This document shows, piece by piece, positions 18,977-28,670 of a DNA stretch of 64,000 nt. Numbering within the stretch: position 1 is the first letter of the stretch; each line of letters opens with the position of its first letter. Both the position numbers and the translations under genes were made by a program. The stretch comes from an uncultured Poribacteria bacterium (GTDB taxonomy: Bacteria; Poribacteria; WGA-4E; WGA-3G): NCBI GenBank assembly GCA_951813565.1, contig OX638351.1, forward strand, positions 352,001 through 416,000, given 5' to 3'. The notes below the pieces were generated by a model, which saw only the letters and a list, made by a program, of their open reading frames with translations, had not been told where the DNA came from and ran no database searches.

Positions 18977-20941
18977 CTACAGATAAGGCGTCATATCCCA
19001 AAGCAGGATAGTGCCATCATAACTACTACTTGCCAGAAGTTTGCAATCCTTTGAAAAAGCGAGATCATGAATGTCTGTGGGATGTCCGCGGAAAGTCGCA
19101 ATGTTTTCGCCACTCGCAACATCCCACAACCGCACCGAGCATTTCTTTATACCCATATTTCGCATCCACGTTGCACCGGAAGCGAAATACCGTCCACACG
19201 GTGAAAATGCGACTGCATACGGGCTCCAACTATCCTTTGGTGGGAGGATACTCAGGACGGTTTCACGATAACTGATATCCCATAAGAGTATTTCCTCTCT
19301 CCGACCAAGGACTATCAAGGTGCTACAAGGTGAAAACGCAAACGCATAAATTCTTTCTGGAAACGCTTCAATCGGTTCACCGCTTTCAACGTCCCACATG
19401 CGGGAATTTAACCCGGACTCTTCTGTCTTGCTCACAATTTTCTTTTCATCTGGGCTAAATCCTATAAAATCGATCCAACCCGTATGCGCTTTGATCTGGT
19501 GTTGTATGTCCTGTTGCTCCACATCCCACACATACATTGTGCCATCACTATCCCCGCATGCCAGCAGGTTGGTTTTGTGTGCGAATACAGACGCTGATAC
19601 TACCAGATGCTCTTGTCCAATAGAAGGTTTTTTCGCGTCGGGAAGAGTGAAAGTAGCAATTGGGGTCTCGTTATTTCCAATGTCCCACACTTCTGCAGTT
19701 TTGCCGTCGATCCCGGTAGCGTAGATTTTTCCTTGTGTCGATGCAGAGACAACATAACTTTCTCCAGGTAGATTGAGACAGGAGGAAAGGGCGGGGAGTT
19801 GGGTCATATCCCATAACCTCACTTTATCGCTCCAATACCCAGCTGCGAGTGTTTTCCCATCTGGTGAAAAAACAAGCGAAATAGGAACACCGGTATGTAA
19901 ATGCTGGAACGAACGCGGTTCAGAATCACCCCTCGTCCATTTTCTAAACTCACGGGGATTGTAGAAAGGCAAAACAAATGGGGTGCCATTAGGAACGTGG
20001 GCACCCTGAAGGACACTCTGCACTTCAAGTGACAGGTCGCATTTTTCACGGAGCACCACATCCCATACGACATAGGTACCGTCAGACTTTTGGGTAGCAT
20101 GCAGAACACCCGATGGTGAATAAAAGACTCGCATATGTCCTGTGCTAAAATCGTGGTAGCTATGTGTCCGCTGCCAATTAGCAACTGACCATACCAAAAC
20201 AGGACCATTCCTTCTACCGGAAGTGAGAAAACAACCACACGGAGAAAAACAGAGACTCTGCACAAAACGCTCGGTATCTGTCAGGCAAGCAAGTTGTTCA
20301 CCGGTCTCTACATCCCATACTGCGATGAAATCGGTAGAACCATCAGGGAAACGAATCTCACCATTAGAGTCTGCACGCACCAAAAGACTTTCATCTGGCA
20401 TTGTACATGCAAATAGACTACCATCTGTAGAAAAAGCAATGGGACGACTGGCGCGACCACGCCATCTGAACTTATTCGGGTCATCGCAAAGTTTGGTGAG
20501 ACATTCCCCAGTTGCTGGATGATAAATGTATAAGAGATAATCTCGGTTGCTGGACACAGCGAGGCGTTGACTATCCGGTGAAAACACAAGTCGTGAAACC
20601 ATATGATAGGATTTCTCATCTTCATCCCGTTCCATCTGCGCAACGCAAACACCCCGCTGTACATCCCATACCTTCACGAGACCGTCGCCATCCCCAGTAG
20701 CCAGCCACCGACCATCTGGAGAAATGGAGACAACGGAAATAATACCACGATCTGTATCCCACAATGCAGTCGGGGTCATGGTGGATAATTCATACCACCA
20801 GACCCCTATAGTACTACCGAATGCAAAGTGTTTCCCATCAGGGGAATATACTATGTCAGACATTATTCCCCCTTGTCCTAATCGGTAAATTGCATCATCA
20901 GGCAATTCCCACATCGGAATCTCGTTTTTTTTATGTTTCAT
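18977..20941 (-). CDS. Cytoplasmic WD40-repeat protein (double propeller size)
   Basis: MWELPDDAIYRLGQG cap, WD repeats, ends LLWDMTPYL; ATG overlaps the end of the upstream Cys-rich gene. Confidence 0.92.
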   Translation of the reverse strand: MKHKKNEIPMWELPDDAIYRLGQGGIMSDIVYSPDGKHFAFGSTIGVWWYELSTMTPTALWDTDRGIISVVSISPDGRWLATGDGDGLVKVWDVQRGVCVAQMERDEDEKSYHMVSRLVFSPDSQRLAVSSNRDYLLYIYHPATGECLTKLCDDPNKFRWRGRASRPIAFSTDGSLFACTMPDESLLVRADSNGEIRFPDGSTDFIAVWDVETGEQLACLTDTERFVQSLCFSPCGCFLTSGRRNGPVLVWSVANWQRTHSYHDFSTGHMRVFYSPSGVLHATQKSDGTYVVWDVVLREKCDLSLEVQSVLQGAHVPNGTPFVLPFYNPREFRKWTRGDSEPRSFQHLHTGVPISLVFSPDGKTLAAGYWSDKVRLWDMTQLPALSSCLNLPGESYVVSASTQGKIYATGIDGKTAEVWDIGNNETPIATFTLPDAKKPSIGQEHLVVSASVFAHKTNLLACGDSDGTMYVWDVEQQDIQHQIKAHTGWIDFIGFSPDEKKIVSKTEESGLNSRMWDVESGEPIEAFPERIYAFAFSPCSTLIVLGRREEILLWDISYRETVLSILPPKDSWSPYAVAFSPCGRYFASGATWMRNMGIKKCSVRLWDVASGENIATFRGHPTDIHDLAFSKDCKLLASSSYDGTILLWDMTPYL

Positions 20942-21374
20942 CACAATCGCCAGCGCATTGATCAGCTCTCGTGCAAATGCTTCTGTCACAACTATTACCT
21001 AAGCACGACCCATCTGTACTTGTATTCTGACAACTTGTTGTTCCGTCACTTTTCTGTGCAGGACAAGCCCGTTTTGGGGTTGCATCGTTACAAGTGTCAT
21101 TGTCTGCGGGGTCACAGTTGTCGGTACTGCAGGATGTAGTAGTAGAAACACACTTACAACTCTCACTATCGCTAACAGTATCTGCTTCACCTCCGCCACA
21201 GCAGCCGCCAGCCAAGACAGCCTCTGTCGTCTTTCCACCGCAGCAACTACTCACAGCCTCAGTCTCTGAGGTATCCCAACTGCCTGTCAGCAAGAAAATA
21301 CAGCCACCAACAAACAATAAAGCGATTATTACGTTTCCAATGGTGTTCTGGTGGGTTTTAAACATTTTAGACAT
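20931..21374 (-). CDS. Secreted Cys-rich protein (147 aa)
   Basis: Conserved leader plus 16 Cys in the mature region; RBS AAAGGA. Confidence 0.85.
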   Translation of the reverse strand: MSKMFKTHQNTIGNVIIALLFVGGCIFLLTGSWDTSETEAVSSCCGGKTTEAVLAGGCCGGGEADTVSDSESCKCVSTTTSCSTDNCDPADNDTCNDATPKRACPAQKSDGTTSCQNTSTDGSCLGNSCDRSICTRADQCAGDCDET

Positions 21375-21605
21375 TATTCTTTCCTTTCCCATATAGGGGG
21401 ATTGTAAATATGAACCCCTAAGAGTTAAACATATTTTAAACAAAAAACATAAAAGATTTTACCTTGCCGAAACGCATGTTTGCGAGGAGACACGCGTAAA
21501 GACATACTATTTTTGTCAAGTATTTTGTAGAAACATAGACGGAAGGATCAATAGGTAGTGATGAAGGGATGGATACTCGTGGCTATCGCATCATAGAACT
21601 TGATA

Positions 21606-23645
21606 CTACAGATAAGGCGTCATATCCCAAAGCAGAATAGTCCCATCAAAACTTCCGCTTGCCAAAATCTTGCCATCCGGTGAGAAAGCGAGATCATCAA
21701 TGTCTGTGGAATGTCCCCAGAAGGTATGGACGTATTCCCCTGTGGCGACCTCCCATAAATGGATGGCCATCTGCTCTAAACCATTTTTCCACCAAGTGCC
21801 GGAAGCGAGATACCGTCCACAAGGTGAAAATGCCAGCCGATAGGTCCGAGAAGCATCTGCGGGTAGCAGTATCGCCATTCGTGTTTCCAAGGTTGCTGCA
21901 TCCCACAGTCTAATCTCATGAGCTATTTCCCATCTCCGTTCGCGAGACAACTTACCGGCAACGAGAGTGCCGCACGGAGAAAACTTGATACTGCCGGGAG
22001 TGACAGCCGCATCAGTTGGCTGCTGCGTCCCCAACTCCTGTTTCCACTCAATGAATTGTTGGATTTCTTGGGATCGCCCTTTATATAGCGATGTATCTTC
22101 TAAGATTGTGTCTAAAGGGAGTGAACCTACCTGTTCACCATTCTCTACATTCCAGACCCGTGCAGTTCTGTCATGGGATCCGGTGACGAGTTGCTTACCA
22201 TCAGGGTGAAATACCATATTTGTAATCTCATCCGTGTGCCCTATGAGTTCGTGCCGCTTCTCCCATTGATGCGTGTCCCATACATAGATCCCATCGGGCA
22301 TAGATCCACTGACCAAACAATCTCCTGCCGGTGAGTAAGCCATCCACTGAACAGTGTTCTCATGTTCAGTCAGTTTAGCAATTAGGGTGCCAGATGTAAT
22401 ATGCCAGACGTTGATAGCGATGTCAGTGCTATGGTTGACTCCTAAGGCAGATGCAGCAAGAAATTCTTCACAAGGGGACAAAACACATTTAAGACCCAAT
22501 CTAATACCCAAAGAGGACTCCTCTGTTTTGGGACGGAAGATTCGTTGTAACTGACGATTCATTACAGACCAGACCAGAAATCCAAATCTGAGTCCACTAA
22601 TCAACGTCTTTCCTTTTTGAGAGAAACGCAACCATCTGACGATGGTTGTATGTGCATCAGGCATAGGCACGACTCTAATTGATTTGTCTGCTGCCCATAC
22701 TCGGAATTCGCGTGCGTTAGCGGCTACGAAATGTGTCGCATCGTCTGAAAAGCAATATAATGTCCTGCGCCTTTCAAATTCCAAAGTGTCTACCTTTTCG
22801 CGCTGCACCGTATCCCACATCACAACCTTTCCCTCATGGACTTCTGCAACACGCAATGTTCCATCAGGCGTATAAGCAAGTTTCATATAAGTCGTGTTGC
22901 ATGCGGAATACACTATTTCTGAGGTAGCGTTGTGAACATTACACACTTGCACATCGCCATTCCTGTGCGCCGATGCAAGGTATTGACCACACGGGGAAAA
23001 TACAAGACCTTGAAATATCAAAGGGGCAGGACAACCAAAGTCTATAATATGTTCACCGGTGTCTATATCTGAAATCGTTATAGTGTCCTGAGGAGACACA
23101 GAAGACACATGCGCGAGTAGATGCCCATTAGGTGAAAAGCAGATAGGCAAGCTATGTCCCTTCGTATCTTCATCATCAATCAGGAACCGCTCGACGGGTT
23201 CATCAGATTTTGTTTGCCAACTGTAGACAGCAGTTCGTCCGCTGCTGGACATAGCAAGATATTGCCCATCCTGCGAAAAGTGGAGCGCATTAACACTGGA
23301 ACCACCCATATTCCCACGGTAGTCTATCTTAGTGATGCACCGCAGGGTTTGTGTGTCCCATACCTTAACGATGCCATCCGCGTTGCCGGTAGCAATCCAC
23401 CGCGCATCCCGAGAAAAGGCGATCATATCAAGCATACCCCGTTCTGTCTCAAACAATGCAAGGGGGGTAAGTGTGGGTAAATCATACAACCAACATCCGA
23501 TGAAAGTTGCGACAGCAAGAGACTTCCCATCGGGTGAAAATGAGATAGCCCGCAGGACACCACGCCCCAATCGAGCAATTGCCCCTTCGGGTAGTTCCCA
23601 TGCTGTCACATCAGTAACGGTAGGTTGCATTTGAGCAGTAACCAT
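21606..23645 (-). CDS. Cytoplasmic WD40-repeat protein (start uncertain)
   Basis: TAWELPEGAIARLGRG cap; near-duplicate of 24472-26547. Confidence 0.92.
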   Translation of the reverse strand: MVTAQMQPTVTDVTAWELPEGAIARLGRGVLRAISFSPDGKSLAVATFIGCWLYDLPTLTPLALFETERGMLDMIAFSRDARWIATGNADGIVKVWDTQTLRCITKIDYRGNMGGSSVNALHFSQDGQYLAMSSSGRTAVYSWQTKSDEPVERFLIDDEDTKGHSLPICFSPNGHLLAHVSSVSPQDTITISDIDTGEHIIDFGCPAPLIFQGLVFSPCGQYLASAHRNGDVQVCNVHNATSEIVYSACNTTYMKLAYTPDGTLRVAEVHEGKVVMWDTVQREKVDTLEFERRRTLYCFSDDATHFVAANAREFRVWAADKSIRVVPMPDAHTTIVRWLRFSQKGKTLISGLRFGFLVWSVMNRQLQRIFRPKTEESSLGIRLGLKCVLSPCEEFLAASALGVNHSTDIAINVWHITSGTLIAKLTEHENTVQWMAYSPAGDCLVSGSMPDGIYVWDTHQWEKRHELIGHTDEITNMVFHPDGKQLVTGSHDRTARVWNVENGEQVGSLPLDTILEDTSLYKGRSQEIQQFIEWKQELGTQQPTDAAVTPGSIKFSPCGTLVAGKLSRERRWEIAHEIRLWDAATLETRMAILLPADASRTYRLAFSPCGRYLASGTWWKNGLEQMAIHLWEVATGEYVHTFWGHSTDIDDLAFSPDGKILASGSFDGTILLWDMTPYL

Positions 23646-23737
23646 AGGCACAAATTTATGCTCTCGTTGATATCTTTCTTGACCAGCTAAAGTAAAGAAA
23701 AGCATGTAAGACCCAAGTTGAAAGACTTAGGTCTTAC

Positions 23738-24211
23738 TTACTCTGTATTACCAGCACAAGTGCCGTCATCCGGGTTGGGTTCGCCAACACAAACACCATC
23801 GTTGTAGAAGTTATCCCTATTACAAACTGTATCCCCAGGTCGTTCTCCATCATCACGCTCTTTATAGCAAAAACCATCAGGCGAACCACAGCTATCACTA
23901 CATCCTGTCTTACATCCCAAAGTTTTAGTTGTGGCACTACAATTATTGCTTTCAGTACACTTACCGCAGTTAGCGTCAGCATTACCAGGATCAAGACAGT
24001 CACAGTTGTAGCTACCAGAGCCAGACAATTGATTGGCGCTGCCACAACAGCCACCAGTCACAGTCGTATCTCCCCCGCAACATCCTTTCGCTGCCTCAGT
24101 CTCTGAGGTATCCCAACTCCCTGTCAGCAGAAAAATACAGCCACCCACAAACAACAAGGCGACCGCTAAGTTTCCAATTGTATTTTGATGTGTTTTCAAC
24201 ATTTTACTCAT
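23738..24211 (-). CDS. Secreted Cys-rich protein (157 aa)
   Basis: Conserved leader plus 16 Cys in the mature region. Confidence 0.85.
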   Translation of the reverse strand: MSKMLKTHQNTIGNLAVALLFVGGCIFLLTGSWDTSETEAAKGCCGGDTTVTGGCCGSANQLSGSGSYNCDCLDPGNADANCGKCTESNNCSATTKTLGCKTGCSDSCGSPDGFCYKERDDGERPGDTVCNRDNFYNDGVCVGEPNPDDGTCAGNTE

Positions 24212-24355
24212 TATTCTTTCCTTTCACATATAGGGTTTGTAAAATACAAAAGTTATACAGAGTTTAACTAAAAAATATAAAACTTTACCTGGTCGCAACG
24301 CATGTTTGTGAGGAGACACGCGTAAAGGCATAGGATCAAGTTTCTATGTAAGAAC

Positions 24356-24384
24356 ATGATACCTGAACAGCCTATTTTTGTCAA
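24356..24384 (-). promoter_or_regulatory. Sigma70-type promoter of Cys-rich gene
   Basis: TTGACA-N17-TATCAT, same as 18862-18890. Confidence 0.75.
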
Positions 24385-24471
24385 GTTTTTTGTAGAAAAT
24401 ATGGACGGAAGGATCAAGAGGTGGTATTGAAGAGATGGATATTCGTGGCGGCTGTATCATAAAACTTGATA

Positions 24472-26547
24472 CTACAGATAAGGCGTCATATCCCATAGCA
24501 GGATAGTGCCATCAAAACTTCCGCTTGCCAAAATCTTGCCATCCGGTGAGAAAGCGAGATCATCAATGTCTGTGGAATGTCCCCAGAAGGTATGGACGTA
24601 TTCCCCTGTGGCGACCTCCCATAAATGGATGGCCATCTGCTCTAAACCATTTTTCCACCAAGTGCCGGAAGCGAGATACCGTCCACAAGGTGAAAATGCC
24701 AGCCGATAGGTACAAGAAGCATCTGCGGGTAGCAGTATCGCCATTCGTGTTTCTAAGGTTGCTGCATCCCACAGTCTAATCTCATTAGCTATTTCCCATC
24801 TCCGTTCGCAAGACAACTTACCGGCAACGAGAGTGCCGCACGGAGAAAACTTGATACTGCCGGGAGTGACAGCCGCATCAGTTGGCTGCTGCGTCCCCAA
24901 CTCCTGTTTCCACTCAATGAATTGTTGGATTTCTTGGGATCGCCCTTTATATAGCGATGTATCTTCTAAGATTGTGTCTAAAGGGAGTGAACCTACCTGT
25001 TCACCATTCTCTACATTCCAGACCCGTGCAGTTCTGTCACGGGATGCGGTGACGAGCTGCTTACCATCAGGGTGAAATACCACATTTGTAATCGCATCCG
25101 TGTGCCCTATGAGTTCGTGCCGCTTCTCCCATTGATGCGTGTCCCATACATAGATCTCACCGGACAGAGATCCACTGACCAAACAATCCCCTGTCGGTGA
25201 GTAAGCTATCCGACTAAAACGTTTCTCATGTCCAGTCAGTTTAGCAATTAGGGTGCCAGATGTAATATGCCAGACGTTGATAGCGATGTCGGTGCTATGG
25301 TGGACTCCTAAGGCAGATGCAGCAAGAAAGTCTTCACAAGCAAGAAATTCTTCACAAGGGGACAAAACACATCTACGACCCAATCTAATACCCAAAGAGG
25401 ACTCCTCTGTTTTGGGACGGAAGATTCGTTGTAACTGACGATTCATTACAGACCAGACCAGAAATCCAAATCTGAGTCCACTAATCAACGTCTTTCCTTT
25501 TTGAGAGAAACGCAACCATCTGACGATGGTTGTATGTGCATCAGGCATAGGCACGACTCTAATTGATTTGTCTGCTGCCCATACTCGGAATTCGCGTGCG
25601 TTAGCGGCTACGAAATGTGTCCCATCGTCTGAAAAGCAATATAATGTCCTGCGCCTTTCAAATTCCAAAGTGTCTACCTTTTCGCGCTGCACCGTATCCC
25701 ACATCACAACCTTTCCCTCATGGACTTCTGCAACACGCAATGTTCCATCAGGCGTATAAGCAAGTTTCATATAAGTCGTGTTGCATGCGGAATACACTAT
25801 TTCTGAGGTAGCGTTGTGAACATTACACACTTGCACATCGCCATTCCTGTGCGCCGATGCAAGGTATTGACCACACGGGGAAAATACAAGACCTTGAAAT
25901 ATCAAAGGGGCAGGACAACCAAAGTCTATAATATGTTCACCGGTGTCTATATCTGAAATCGTTATAGTGTCCTGAGGAGACACAGAAGACACATGCGCGA
26001 GTAGATGCCCATTAGGTGAAAAGCAGATAGGCAAGCTATGTCCCTTCGTATCTTCATCATCAATCAGGAACCGCTCGACGGGTTCATCAGATTTTGTTTG
26101 CCAACTGTAGACAGCAGTTCGTCCGCTGCTGGACATAGCAAGATATTGCCCATCCTGCGAAAAATGGAGCGCATTAACACTGGAACCACCCATATTCCCA
26201 CGGTAGTCTATATTAGTGACGCACCGCAGGGTTTGTGTGTCCCATACCTTAACGATGCCATCCGCGTTGCCGGTAGCAATCCACCGCGCATCCCGAGAAA
26301 AGGCGATCATATCAAGCATACCCCGTTCTGTCTCAAACAATGCAAGGGGGGTAAGTGTGGGTAAATCATACAACCAACATCCGATGAAAGTTGCGACAGC
26401 AAGAGACTTCCCATCGGGTGAAAATGAGATAGCCCGCAGGACACCACGCCCCAATCGGGCAATTGCCCCTTCGGGTAGTTCCCATGCTGTCACATCTGTG
26501 CCGTCAAGTGGTTTCAATGCGTTAGAGAAAGCGTCTCTATTTTCCAT
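24472..26547 (-). CDS. Cytoplasmic WD40-repeat protein
   Basis: RBS AGGAG; WELPEGAIARLG cap; WD repeats. Confidence 0.93.
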   Translation of the reverse strand: MENRDAFSNALKPLDGTDVTAWELPEGAIARLGRGVLRAISFSPDGKSLAVATFIGCWLYDLPTLTPLALFETERGMLDMIAFSRDARWIATGNADGIVKVWDTQTLRCVTNIDYRGNMGGSSVNALHFSQDGQYLAMSSSGRTAVYSWQTKSDEPVERFLIDDEDTKGHSLPICFSPNGHLLAHVSSVSPQDTITISDIDTGEHIIDFGCPAPLIFQGLVFSPCGQYLASAHRNGDVQVCNVHNATSEIVYSACNTTYMKLAYTPDGTLRVAEVHEGKVVMWDTVQREKVDTLEFERRRTLYCFSDDGTHFVAANAREFRVWAADKSIRVVPMPDAHTTIVRWLRFSQKGKTLISGLRFGFLVWSVMNRQLQRIFRPKTEESSLGIRLGRRCVLSPCEEFLACEDFLAASALGVHHSTDIAINVWHITSGTLIAKLTGHEKRFSRIAYSPTGDCLVSGSLSGEIYVWDTHQWEKRHELIGHTDAITNVVFHPDGKQLVTASRDRTARVWNVENGEQVGSLPLDTILEDTSLYKGRSQEIQQFIEWKQELGTQQPTDAAVTPGSIKFSPCGTLVAGKLSCERRWEIANEIRLWDAATLETRMAILLPADASCTYRLAFSPCGRYLASGTWWKNGLEQMAIHLWEVATGEYVHTFWGHSTDIDDLAFSPDGKILASGSFDGTILLWDMTPYL

Positions 26548-26658
26548 GAAATATCTCCTTTATTGCTAATGAGCGCGTGAGGTAAGGCAAACCGCGCTCG
26601 ATGATTTATGCGATGCAAACAGCATCACTGTGTAATAGATAAATTGACTTGATATGCG

Positions 26659-28635
26659 TTATGAACCGATAATAGATTTCACGTCCCATAGCAGGATAGT
26701 GCCATCATAACTACTGCTTGCCAGAAGTTCGCCATCCGGTGAAAAAGCGAGATCCTGCACATCCGATGTATGCCCCCAGAAGGTCTGGATGTTTTCTCCA
26801 GTGGCAACCTCCCATAAACGGATGGAGACTTTGTCTGTTTTGTTCCACCAAGAACCGGAGGCAAGATACCGACCACATGGAGAAAACACCACGACACCAA
26901 CATGGGAGCAACTCTCAGGTAGAATCATCCCCATGTGAGGCTCCAAAGTTGCAGCGTCCCACAGATGAATCCCACCGAATAATCCAGCAGCCAAAAAAGT
27001 ACCGCAAGGTGAAAATGTAATCGAATGGAGATACTTTGAAGGTTTGTAACGTGGCTGGATTTGTCTCTGGATTTGTCGCATATCTCCTTTATATAGGGCA
27101 ACAAAGGTGGAATCTACAGCAGGTGAACCGAGTTGTTCACCACTCGTAATGTCCCAAATAGATATACCATATCTCCCGTCAGCAGTAGCGAATCGCTTTC
27201 CGTTGGGGTGAAAGGCTGTTGCCCGAAGCGGCTCTGCATGCTCTATAAATGCGTGCTGCTTTTCCCAACCTTGGACACGCCACACAACAAGTTTTCCATC
27301 TATATCACCGCTGATGAGGTGTTCCCCTGATGGTGAAAACACCACAGTGGTGATAAGACTTTGGTGTCCGGTGAGTTCTGCTATCTTGGTTCCGGACTTA
27401 ATGTTCCAGACTTCAAGCGTTTGTCCACCTTTTCCGATGAGTGCTAATAATTCTTCACAAGGGGACAGCGCACAACCTCTTTTTCCGCCGCCGATTTTTT
27501 GCGGAATTGGGGGAGGTATCATCTGTTTCTGACCAACATCCCAGAAAACGATACGATGATCGCTCAAGCCCCAGTACTTGCAAACCAGCATCTTACCCGA
27601 TTGATAAAAAAATAGAGAGTCGGGCACACCATTAGGCACTGTGAGTGGTGCTACTATGGTAGGTGAGCCTGCATGCCATACGCGTATCTCGCGTTCAGTT
27701 GCAATTGCACATTGCTGTCCATCATTTGATAAACATTCTACCCGGTACTTTCCTTGATATTCGATGGTGTCAAGTTTTTCATTCTGAGACGCATTCCACA
27801 TTACTATCTTGTCTTCATACACATCTGCCACCTGCAATGCCCCCTCAGGGGAATAGGCGAGAATCACCCGAGTTCCGTTGTAGGCGGTGTAAGTTGTTTC
27901 CAAGGTCTCTTTACCAATATTCCACACTTGCACCTCAATGTTCTCACGTGTAGTCGGGTCCTGAATACTCGCAGCAAGAAACTGACTACAGGGTGAAAAG
28001 GCGAGATCATACACATGTGCTGATTCGCGCAGATGACACAGATAAGCAAAGCATTCTTTCGTTTTTAGGTTTCGGACAGTAATGGTGGTCCAGTCAGAAG
28101 CATAAGCGAGCAGCTGCCCATCGGGTGAAAAGCAGATTGGGAAACGGGCAGGAGAGCGTTCACCTTCCTTCAGTGTGCCTCCCACTTTGAAACTTGCGAC
28201 GTGTGCCCCGGTTTTTGTGCACCAGACGTAAACGTCGCCGTATCCGTGGCCGGATGCGGTAATGTATTGGCTATCTGGTGAGAAGGCAAGTCGAGAGGTA
28301 CCTCCGTGCCAGCCTTGTATCTTCGCGACACGCTGCTGGGTCTCTATTTCTCGCACATTGATGATGCCGTCCCCGTTGCTGGTGGCAACCCATTTTCCAT
28401 CGGGTGAAAGAAGGACATTACCAACTATGCCTCGTTCGGTTTCAAATAATGTGACAGGCTGCATAGTGTTGAGTTCAAACATCCATACCCCGACGCGAGT
28501 CGCCACAGCAAGAGATTTCTTGTTCGGAGCAACCGTTATGTCGTTTATAATTCCTCGTCCTAATCTACTGACTGCCCCTTCGGGCAGTGCCCATGTTGTT
28601 ATATCGCTGTTTGTCTGTGGTCGTCGATTTTCCAT
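26659..28635 (-). CDS. Cytoplasmic WD40-repeat protein
   Basis: WALPEGAVSRLG cap; WD repeats. Confidence 0.93.
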   Translation of the reverse strand: MENRRPQTNSDITTWALPEGAVSRLGRGIINDITVAPNKKSLAVATRVGVWMFELNTMQPVTLFETERGIVGNVLLSPDGKWVATSNGDGIINVREIETQQRVAKIQGWHGGTSRLAFSPDSQYITASGHGYGDVYVWCTKTGAHVASFKVGGTLKEGERSPARFPICFSPDGQLLAYASDWTTITVRNLKTKECFAYLCHLRESAHVYDLAFSPCSQFLAASIQDPTTRENIEVQVWNIGKETLETTYTAYNGTRVILAYSPEGALQVADVYEDKIVMWNASQNEKLDTIEYQGKYRVECLSNDGQQCAIATEREIRVWHAGSPTIVAPLTVPNGVPDSLFFYQSGKMLVCKYWGLSDHRIVFWDVGQKQMIPPPIPQKIGGGKRGCALSPCEELLALIGKGGQTLEVWNIKSGTKIAELTGHQSLITTVVFSPSGEHLISGDIDGKLVVWRVQGWEKQHAFIEHAEPLRATAFHPNGKRFATADGRYGISIWDITSGEQLGSPAVDSTFVALYKGDMRQIQRQIQPRYKPSKYLHSITFSPCGTFLAAGLFGGIHLWDAATLEPHMGMILPESCSHVGVVVFSPCGRYLASGSWWNKTDKVSIRLWEVATGENIQTFWGHTSDVQDLAFSPDGELLASSSYDGTILLWDVKSIIGS

Positions 28636-28670
28636 AAAAAACCTCTAAATTTATTGGGGCGTGAGATGTC

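Noticed and set aside
18430..24211. Cys-rich proteins as RiPP precursors
   Set aside because: No radical SAM, LanM, YcaO or peptidase-ABC gene nearby, and the leader looks like a hydrophobic Sec-type signal or anchor
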